Source of the DNA: Salpingoeca rosetta
Lineage: Eukaryota > Protista > Choanoflagellata
Direction: 5' to 3'
NCBI GenBank assembly: GCA_033442325.1
Contig: JAWQFM010000021.1
Span: forward strand, 666,022 to 730,021
DNA: 64,000 bases
Below are positions 30,932-41,100 of this stretch, piece after piece (position 1 is the first letter of the stretch; the number at the start of each line of letters is the position of its first letter). The position numbers were made by a program, and so were the translations under genes. The notes under the pieces are model-generated. The model was not told the DNA's origin and made no database searches. It was given only the letters and a program-made list of their open reading frames with translations.

Positions 30932-31032
30932 TGCTGCTTGTCCTGCTCCTGCTCTTCATGCTGCTGCTGCTGTTGTTGCTGTTCCAGTTGCTGCTGCTCA
31001 TCATCTGCCGCCTTCATCTTCGTTGCCTCCAT
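30280..31032 (-). CDS. YbaK/ProX-superfamily aminoacyl-tRNA editing (deacylase) domain protein, intronless, N-terminal polyQ
   Basis: HDEVRTSEEAA...QGAKAIVV (conserved Lys), LVFPADEKFNSKKVK, RFA...ITGGVQPGGVPPFG, IVFNAGDRRFSLAI. The GAKA/VPPF pattern is closer to YeaK/ProXp-type members than to canonical YbaK. Confidence 0.9.
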
Positions 31033-31191
31033 TGTGGTTCACACGCCTTCTCGGCTTCCTTCCTTCTTGGTCTCGTCTCTCAGCTTCCTGGCTGCTGCCG
31101 TCCCCACTTTGTTGTCCCCACTTTGTTGTTGTTGTGTTTGTCTTCCACTGCTCTCAATCAGGCATTCATATCCGCGCCCCCTGCCGATTTG

Positions 31192-31205
31192 TGCTGACAT
31201 CAGCA
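31192..31205. promoter_or_regulatory. Palindrome TGCTGACATCAGCA (CRE/MARE-like bZIP site candidate) in the YbaK-like/PKS divergent intergenic region
   Basis: TGCTGA-CA-TCAGCA inverted repeat with A/T-rich flanks; one mismatch to the C-MARE consensus TGCTGACGTCAGCA. Confidence 0.3.
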
Positions 31206-31463
31206 AAAATTCTGCCTCACACATTTTCCCACACACAAAGACAAGGGAAGAACCGCAGCGCAAAGGCGCCGCACGCAAAAGCAAACAACAAGAAGGGAAC
31301 AAGCCACAGACACAAAGCACATCACAAGCCCACGCTGCCTCCACACACATTCCCGACCTTGTTGTTGGCGGAGCGTGTGCTGGGTGCCCAAACCAATCAT
31401 CCCATTCTTCTTCCTTGCTTGCTTGCTCGTCTCGCTTCTTCTTCCCTTCTATCTCCTGTGGCA

Positions 31464-31500
<37 letters not shown>

Positions 31501-31610
31501 CGGCAGTGATCGTGCTGGCAAGAAGAAGCAACACAGCACAGCAGCCAACGAAGAGCAAGCAGGCCACTCACCCCAGTGGACGCTGTCCTTTTCTTGCTCT
31601 TTTCTGTCCC

Positions 31611-31641
<31 letters not shown>

Positions 31642-31821
31642 CGTGCTCACTCCATTGAACACTGTGTTTGGTGGTTTCAGCATCGCACACTGCTCGCACA
31701 CAGCATACAGTGACTCAGTGCATCGTTCTTCGCACAGCACACACTGCCATTCAACCGACTTTCTTTTTCCCGTCCACTTCTTCGCGTGTCTTCTTCTGCT
31801 TGTTCTTCTTTCCCCAGCTAG

Positions 31822-32725
31822 ATGGCTGACCTTTCAACACGCCTGGCCGATGGCTTCGTATGCATTCCCGTCATCACGGCATGCGATGCCATCGGGCTCT
31901 TTGACTTGCCCTCGAATGCCGCCACGGCATCCAAGGGCGCGTGGACCATCTCCGAACTGGCGCAGCAGCTGGGCGTTCGCGACGGTTACCTCGCCGTCTG
32001 CCTGCGCCTCCTTGCTTCCCTCGGCTGGGTGTCCATCTCCTACACCACCACCACCACCACAGCCACCACAACGGCCACTCCCAGCCAAGCCACGGCCACA
32101 ACAGCCAAAACCAACGCCACAGACGCACAACAGCACGCGCGATTGGAAAAGCTGTTCACCATCAGTCCTGATTGCAAGCACAAGGCAGCCAAGATCCCGC
32201 CGCGGCTGCCTCGCCTCTTGCACCTGGATCTGGTGAACCTCTTTGCCACGAATGATGCTGCTGCTGCTCCAACTCCGTCGTCGTCGTCGTCGTCGTCGTC
32301 GACCTCGACAAGCGCGGCCCTCGACCAGCAGGCCACGGAGTTTGCCGAGATTGTGGCCACCGTCCTCCAGCAACGGCAGGAGGAGCACGCTGCCGACGAG
32401 TTGCTGCAGCAGCTCATTGATGGCTTCATCCTGGCGTGCGTTCTTGTTGGCATGCATCAGGCTGGCCGCCTGCTTGGCCTCAAAGGCGGCAACATTGACG
32501 CCATCGGCAACAGACTCACCGAGGAGCAGGTGGTGTCGCGCCTTGCCACGCAAGGCATCACTGATCCCAAAGATGTCGGCGTTGCCATCAGCACCGCCCC
32601 CATCCACTCCACATGCCGGGCGCCTCTTGTTCGCCTCCTTTCCGTTCACGACTGGCTTCAACAACATGACCAACACCAGCCACAGAAAGATCAACAACAG
32701 CAGCAACAACAACATGACCAGCAAC

Positions 32726-32756
<31 letters not shown>

Positions 32757-35115
32757 ACAGCCACAGCAAGAGCAACAGCAGCAACAACAGCAACAACAAG
32801 AGCAACCAGATCAGCAGCTCATCATCCGGTTGACAGACATTGGGCGCTTCATCTGCGAGCGTGCGCTGGTTGTGGGCACCACGGCCTCATACCGCAGCAT
32901 GTTTTCCCGCCTGACAGAGCTCATGCGCAGCGGGCCGGCCATCTTTGAGAAGAGCAAGGCCGAGCAGGACGTGGAGGAGGCGCACGTGAACCGCACCCTC
33001 AATGTCGTGGGAAGCGGATTCCAGCACCAGAAGTTCTTCGCCGACGTGGACGAGATTGTTCGCGCCATCTTCGACACGCCCGACTTTGAGGACCAGCCCT
33101 CCTACGTTGTGGACATGGGCTGCGGCGACGGCGAGTTTCTCAAGCGCGTGTACAACGTCATCCGCTCCAGTACGCTGCGTGGCCAGCACCTGTCGACCCA
33201 CCCCGTCTATCTCGTTGGCGCGGACTTCAACCAGACGGCCCTTGACGCCACACGCATCAACCTGGAGGGCCTGCCCACGCTCCTGCTCAAAGGAGACATT
33301 GGCGACCCGCAGCGCTTGCACCGCGACATGATGGACAAGTTCAACATCACCAGCGTGCACCAGGTGCTGCACATCCGCTCCTTCCTCGACCATGACCGCC
33401 CTTACATCCCAGCCAAGGCGCCCTCCCTCGCCCGCCAGCACGTGCCATACCACGGCGTGCACATCACGGGCGAGGGCTACCTCATCCCCGTGCACGACTG
33501 CATCCAGAGCCTGCTCGAGCACCTGCACCGCTGGAAGTCCATTGTCAGCGAGCGCCACGGGCTTGTGCTGCTTGAGGTGCACTGCCTGCCCGCCCTGGCC
33601 ACGCGGGAGCACCTGGGCTCGTGCGAGAGCCTGCACTTTGACGGCTACCACGGCATCTCGGGCCAGCTGCTGGTCACGGCCGCCAGTTTTGTCATGACCG
33701 CCGCAGAGGCGGGCCTCTTCCCCGTGCTGAGCCAGGCGCACGTGTACCCGCGCCTGCGTGCTTACACGCGCATCACGCTCAACCGCTACGTTTCCCGCCC
33801 TTACCGCGTCCGGTTTGCGCGGGAGGAGGACCTGCCTGGCCTGCTGCACCTGCAGGAGGTGTGCTGGCACCAGCCAGGCATGCGCGCCACGGCCCAAGAC
33901 CTCCTCGGCCGTATCCGCCGCCATCCAGAGGGACAGCTTGTCCTCGAGGAAATGCTGCATGCAGGCAACAACTACGGGGGCGACGACGACGACGACGATG
34001 CTGACACTGGCACTGCTGCTGGTCGTGACACCTCTACAAACCAGGATGCTCAACAGCAACAGCAGCAGCAACAACAACATCATGAGCAACAGCGGTTCAG
34101 GCTGGTGGGCGCGGTTTACTCCCAACGCATTGCAGGGGAGGACGCGCTGCTAAACGTGAGGTATGATCGCATCCACGACCTGCACGCGCCCGAGCACAGG
34201 CACGTGCAGCTGCTGGGGCTCAACGTGCTGCCGGAGATGCGCCACAAGGGATACGGCCGCACCCTGCTCAACTTCTTTCTCTACGTCACCAGCCTGGACC
34301 CCTTCACCAACAGCGTGTTTGGCGTCACCCGCTGTGGCGAGTACGCTCGCCACGCCCACCGCTACGAGTCGTGCCTGCACTACGTTGCTGCCACGCACGC
34401 GGAGTCTGGCCTGCCAAACGACCCCATTCTGCGCTTCCACGTGTCCAACGGCGCGCAGATGCTGCGCGTGCTGCCAAACTACCGCCCAGCGGACACGGAG
34501 AACCACGGCCACGGCGTCCTCATCCGCTACGAGCTCAGGCGCAGGCTCGACTACCACCACCACCAGCACCAGCACCAGCAGCACCACGAACAGCCACAGC
34601 AGCGCAAAGGCGCAAGCACTGCAAAGCACGGGTCATCGTCCTCCTCGTCGTCGTCAGCGTACCATAAGCTGCCGTCTGTGCCGCAGCTGGTGCAGGCCCT
34701 GCAGGAGCAGCAGCGCCAATTCCCGCAGCAACTCGAGGGCGCCCATGCCTTGCCTGCGCTCACCGCGGCTGCTGCAACAGCAAGAACACCAACATCAGCA
34801 GCAGCACCATCGTCGTCGGCAACAGCAACGTCGACAGGGGCGCAGCAGGCGGCAAGCGGGGAGGCTGCTGTGGCCACGAGCGAGGACGATGTGTTGCAGC
34901 AGATTCTCGACTGCGTGTGCGACCTGAAGGGGCTGGATGCCAGCGATGCTGACAGCGAAGGATATGCCACGGAGTCCTTCACGGCGCTCGGTCTTGATTC
35001 CATGGACCTGCTTGACTTGCAGCTGGTGCTCTCCACCCAGTTTGGCTGCGAGTTGCACCCGACTGCCTTTTTCCAGTTTCCAACACCCTCCGCGCTTGCC
35101 GCGCACGTGTTTGAG
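31822..35115 (+). other. Loading module: SxtA/AprA/GphF-type methyltransferase (to ~33800) - GNAT-like decarboxylase (~33800-34540) - ACP (~34880-35115)
   Basis: MT motifs HVNRTLNVVGSGFQH, VDMGCGDG, HIRSFLDHDRP, LLEVH, ESLHFDGYHGISGQ. GNAT motifs VQLLGLNVLPE, GVTRC, DPILRFHVSNGA, YRPADTENHGHGVLIRY. ACP motif LGLDSMD. Confidence 0.88.
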
Positions 35116-38100
35116 ACGTTTGTCTCCTCACAGCTCGAACAACAACAGCGACAACAACAACAGAAGCAGCAACAGCAACAGCAAGTAACCAGTGAAGCGA
35201 AGACAGCGCCCTCTTCTTCTTCTCCTTTGGCATCACCATCACCAGCACCATCACCATCAACAGCAACAGCAACAGCAACAAGCGGCGCCACCGCAGCACC
35301 ACTGCAGCCATCACAGCCAATGTCAACGTCCAACACCGTGCCCACCACCTCCACGGTTGCGCCGACAGCTGCGACAGCAACTGGAGCCAATGCTCACTCG
35401 TCCAGCAATGCGGAGGTGGTGATCACGGGCATGGCGGGCCGTTTCCCGCAGTGCGCGTCCGCCCGTGAGTTCTGGATGCGCATTCTCGCTGGGGAGGACC
35501 TGGTGACGGCCGCGCCAACAGGGCTGCGCCCGCGACACTCTGCTGCAGATGTCCAGCAGCATCAGCATCAGCATCAGCAGCAGCAACAGCAGCAGCCGGC
35601 CACACACGCCGGTGGGTACTTGCAAGACGTTGTTGGCTTTGACCGCGCGTACTTTGGGCTGTCGGAGACGGAGAGTGCGCACATGGACCCGCAGCAGCGG
35701 CTGCTGTTGATGACGGTTGTGCATGCCCTTGAAGACGCCCTGCTGCCGCCAAGCATGCTCAAGGGCAAGCGCGTCGCCGTGTTTGTGGGCGCCTTCTCCC
35801 ACGACTACGAGTGGATCTCACTCGCCCATCATCAACAGCAGCAGCACCACCACCAGCAGCAGCAACAACAGCAGCAGGAGCACCTGAGTACGTACTTCAG
35901 CACGGGTAACTCGTCCAGCGTGCTTGCTGGTCGCGTGGCGTACCAGTTTGACTTTCGTGGACCGGCCATCTGCGTGCACACGGCGTGTTCCTCCTCGCTT
36001 GTGGCTGCGCATCTTGCGCGCCATGCCCTGCTGCGCGGCGAGTGCGATGTTGCGCTCGTCTCTGGCGTCAACCTCATGCTGGCCGACGTCCTCTCGCAGG
36101 TGTTTGGCCAGGCAGGCATGCTGTCGCCCCAGGCGCGCTGCCGCACCTTTGCCGAGGGTGCTGACGGGTATGTGCGCGCGGAGACGTGCGCCACCCTTGT
36201 GCTGCAGCGCACAGACAGCCCGCTGCTGCTTGCTTCGCCGTACGCATGCATCAAGGGCACGGCGCTGAACCAGGACGGCCGCACCAACGGCCTCACCGCG
36301 CCAAACCCCGATGCGCAGCGCGCCGTGATTGAGGACGCGCTTGCGGATGCGGGCCTGCGCGCTGACGCCATCTCCTATCTGGAGTGCCACGGCACGGGCA
36401 CGTCGCTTGGGGACGCCATTGAGGTACAGGGTCTTAACGCCGTGTTCAAGCTGCGCACGCGCCCGCTGCACATTGGCTCTGTCAAGACCAACACGGGCCA
36501 CGCTGAGGCTGCCGCCGGTATGGTGTCGCTGTGCAAGGCGGCGATGGCCGTGCACGAGGGGCGCGTTCCACCCCACCTGCACTGCAGGAGGAAGAACTCG
36601 CTGCTGGCGCTGGACGTGGTGCCGCTCGTCATCACCGACGACGGCCTCGCCCTCTCCTCCGCTTCATCGTCTTCATCGTCGCAGCAAGCACATGCGGGTG
36701 GGGTGGCGGTGGGCATCAGCTGCTACGGCTACAGTGGCACCAACTCCCACGCCATCCTCACCAGCCGCGGGTGCGAGCGCATCTCCCGCCCGGCCTCGAT
36801 TTCGGCCCTGCTGGCCAGTCGCGGCCTGCATCTCGACGCTGCCACGGCTGCGGCGGCGGTGCCCGCCCCACACGGCGCCTCGTCCATGCATCTCGTGGCC
36901 ATGCCCGTGTCAGCGCAGAACACGGAGGCGTGCATGCAGGCAACGGCGGCCCTCGCTGCGTCTCTCGTGGATCCAGCACTTGCGAGCGCGTCACTGTCTG
37001 TGCTTGCCCTTGCCGCGTTGGTCGGACGTGAGCACGGACTGCCACGCCAGCTGCTGGTCATGTGCGATGCCGCGTCCCCGCGTCGCGCTGTTGCCAGCTC
37101 GCTCGCAGCGGCCGTGCACGCGCTCCAACCGTTTGCCCTGCAGCCATCGCCAGAGCTGGCCGCGCTACTGCCGCCACCTGGCCGTGGCGGGGCGCACGGC
37201 GAGCACGCTGGCGGCGATGCTGGTGGCAGCGTTGCGACATATGTGGTCGATGCCGCTCCAGCATGCCTCATGTTGCCCGTGCAGGCGGATCGCGTTGTCG
37301 TGGACCTGCCATCGTCGACGCGCGCCATGAGCCTGGCCATGTGGCCTGCCCACTTGCAAGCGCCAGCGAGTGCCCTCAACCGCATCCATGTTCCTGCCGC
37401 GTTGGCCGCTGCCCACTTGCAGAACGCATATCGCCTGTGTCGCTTCCTTGCCACGGGCTTCAAACTCGCCAGCAGCGCCTCTGCGGCTGCTGTTGTTCCC
37501 ACTGGTGGCTCAGGCACATCCGTTCAGCAACAACACAAGCAGAAGGGCCTTGTGGTGCGCGCACATGACGCATCGCACGTTGTGGCCTGCTTGCTTGCGC
37601 TCGGCGTCGTCTCCGAGGACCAGGCGAGCCAGGCCCTGCGTGACACAGCACCGGACGCTCTGTTGAAGCAGCTGTTTGGTTGGGCCAGGCAGCCAGGCCA
37701 AGCCGCATCGTATGAGGTTGTTGCCACCGCCAAGGGCGTGTCTTGCCTGACCTTGTCCACCAGCATGAGAGACAATGCGCCCTCTGCTGCCTCCACATCG
37801 TCGTCATCGCACCCGTATTCAACTGCGCCTGCAGCATCGGGTGCGGCTTGTGATGTCACGCTGGTGTCACAGCATGTCGCCTTTGTGCTCAGTGCCACGA
37901 ACCCTGTGCATTGGCATGCGCTGGCCACGCGCTTCGCTGCTCTGGAACGTTCCCTGACCAATGCCATTGTTGCCTGTAACGCTGAATTGTGGACCAGCAT
38001 GCAGGCTGTGCCGGCGTCGCTGCCGCGCCTGCCCCTCTACCCCTTTCAGCTGCTCCCGTCCTGGCTGCCAGATGACATGCCGCTCGCAGCCGTGCGCCTG

Positions 38101-41100
38101 AGCCCGGCCGTGTCTGGCCTGCCACGCAACCACGTCATCATGCAGCAGGAGCTGCTGCCTGGTGCCGCCCTCGTGTCCTCGCTGTTGACTGCGCTGCATG
38201 CGCTTGAGCTGTCGCCCACACAGCGCGCCCACGCCACCACCGAGCTCACGGGGGTCACCCTCTCCCGCTCGGTCTCTGCCGCTGACGTGCCGCACACACG
38301 GGCCGTGCTGGGCGGCGACGGCACATTCGCCGTCACTGTTGCTGCTGGCGGCACCCGTGCCTGCGAGGGCACGTGGCGCCTGGCCAGCCCGTGGTGCCGC
38401 ACCACGTTGCAGTGGAAGCAAGCGGCGGCGGCCCTCGCCTCATCCACGCTGCAGCACGCCGTGTCGCCCGACGACTTTTATGCGAGTATGGCTGCTCGCA
38501 GCATGCACTATGCAGGACCCCTGCGAGCGTTTGACGAGCGCATCACCTTCACCACCAGTGCGGGACCTACCGCTGCTGTGGCGCGTGGCCACATCTCCAC
38601 CACCACCACCCAAGCACGTGGTGACACCGACACCGCCTTGCTCATGGCGCAGGCGCTCGATGCCGGCATGCAGCTCTGCGTCGACCTGGCCGCCCGTGTT
38701 TTGGACGCCAACGGTGCCAGTAGCGGTGGTACCGGGCAGCACGGCAGTTCCTCCGTTTCGTCTGCATCGTCCGCGTCTTCGCAGCTCTCCTTCATGCCCG
38801 TGGCAATGGCGCGTGTGGTGATGCTGCTTGAGACGGCGTTTGCGCTGTCCACCAGCGGCCACGGCGCCAACAACGGCAGCAACGGTGGCCTGGAGGTGTA
38901 CGCGGGTATTGATTTGCCGCAGCCGTCGGACCTCGACGCCTTGCAGCGAACGGGCCGCATCAAGGTGACTGCGTGGGTGTGTGCCGCAAACGCACAGGGC
39001 AGGCTTGTTCTCTCTGCCGAGGGCATCTCCCTGCAGGCGTTCCGCAACATGGGTGCAGCTGCACCCGTTGGCCCGACACCCGCTGTTGCTGTGTCGCATG
39101 CACAGCAGCAGCCTTTGGCGGGCCGAGCCGCCTCGAGCGACGCACGGCAAGCGTTTGCCCCTGGCACCGCAGCCCAGGGCGGCGGGGACGCAGCAAGCCA
39201 CCCTGCCGCCTACCGCGACGTCATCTTCCCTGTTGCGTTGCCGCTTCCCACACCAGCACCAGCACCAGTATCGCTTCCGCCATCCGCCGTGCTGCACATT
39301 TCCCTGGTCTCCACCTCGCCCCTGCCATATGATGATGAGGCCCTGCAGGCCGAGTTCCATGCCGCGCCGCTCAACATCTCCATTCCCGTGCAGCCGCCGG
39401 CGCCCATGGAGGATGACGGCGCACACGACGCCCTGTTGCACATTGTCATGTCCGAGCTCTCCTCGGCCTCATCGCCCACTCCAGTGACCTCTCATCCCGC
39501 AGAAGGAGCAGCAGCGACAACAGCAGCAGAACCAGCACAGCAGGCGTCAGCACAGGCACACGTGCCGGCGCCTGTGACGACTGTGCTGATTCACGTGGAT
39601 CCTGTGCTGCTGGAGGCGAAGGAGGACGTGGTGGGTGCGAGCGATGCCATGCGCACGCGCGCTGCTGAGGTTTACTGGTCCCTCGTGCGCACCGTGCAGG
39701 TTGTGCTGGCTGCCCGCGCCCGCCACACGGACAGCCAGGCCATCTCCACCGTTGCCGTGTGCGTCCCACAACAGGGTCGGTTCTTTGAGGAAGTGTGGGC
39801 CGCGTGCAAGTCATTTGCGCGCGTGGTCTGGTCTGAGCGCCACTTTCGCCGCTCCTGCGCCATTGCTACCCTACCTGCTTCCCCAAACGCACCCGCCACC
39901 TCTCTCAACGACATCTACGCCCTCCTGCAAGCGTCAGACACGGCGCCAGCATCAGCGGCCTCTTCGTCGCCATCAACAACCACATTTGATCCGCTGCTCG
40001 TGCTGCGAGCAACACGCCCTTCGCAAGAGCGCGGCAGCCAGCAACAGCAAAGCGAGTGGGTGCAGGAGCGGTTCGTGCCCGTGCGGGCGGAGGACGTGTC
40101 GCCGTCCTGGCCATGGCACATCACGCAGCCCTCACAGTCGCACGCCTCGCTGGATGACCTGCAGCCCTCACCACTGAGCTGGGACGGCGACTGTCCCCCA
40201 GATGCCATTGTGGTGCAAGTCACAGCCGTTTCCCTCAACTTTCGCGACGTGCTCGGTGTTCTGGGCCTGTACCCTGGCCCACCAGCACCGCCTTGTCGCG
40301 ACTTTGCGGGTGTCGTGCTGGCCATTGGCACAGGGGTCCTCGCTGCCAACAGCACCGCAGTCTCTGTCGGTGATCAGGTCTTTGGCACCCACCCGGGTTG
40401 CCTCGCTTCCCACATCCAAGTGCACCCATCGCAGCTGGCTCGCGTGCCGTCGACGACCGATGCCTGGTCTCCGCAGCGGTGCGCTGCAGCTGTCAGCGTC
40501 GAGATGACGGTGACCATGGCGCTTGCTGATGGCGTCTCAGAGCGACTGCCGTCCGCCAAGGGTCTTGCCCTTGTCCATGCGGGCGCGGGCGGTGTCGGCC
40601 TCGCTGCTATCAGCCGCCTCACCAAGCTCGGGCTGCGCGTGTTTGCCACGGCGGGCTCCCAGCGCAAGCGAGACGTCCTGGTCAAGCTCCCGGGCGTCGT
40701 TGCCGTAAGTTCCTCCCGTGACTTTGCCGCCTTTGAGCGCGATGCCAGAGACGTCGTGCGCCAGCACGGCAGCGTCCACCTCGTCCTCAACAGCCTCTCT
40801 GGCCAGTTCACCTCCCTCTCGCTGCAGCTGCTGTCGCAGCAGGGAACTTTTGTGGAGCTGGGCAAGCGCAACATCATGACACCCGAGGAGGTGAGGGCAG
40901 TCCGCCCAGACGTCAACTACAGAGTGCTGGCCGTGGACGCCGTCGTCGACAACGACATGCACGCGTGCCACGCTGCCATGGAAGAGCTTGCCGAGCAGAT
41001 GCGCCGCGGTGTGGTTACACCGCTCCCAACGACAGAGTTTCCCCTCGACACCACCGGCGTACGGGAGGCGTTCAAGTTCATGCGCAGGGCAGAGCACGTG

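Noticed and set aside
30287-32236. 649-aa plus-strand ORF with poly-Cys
   Set aside because: Antisense shadow of the YbaK-like gene (CTG repeats) running through the intergenic region and off-frame into the PKS.
31822-35115. Saxitoxin biosynthesis gene cluster
   Set aside because: Only sxtA1-A3-like domains are present. There is no AONS (sxtA4), amidinotransferase or other sxt gene, and the ACP is followed by a KS.
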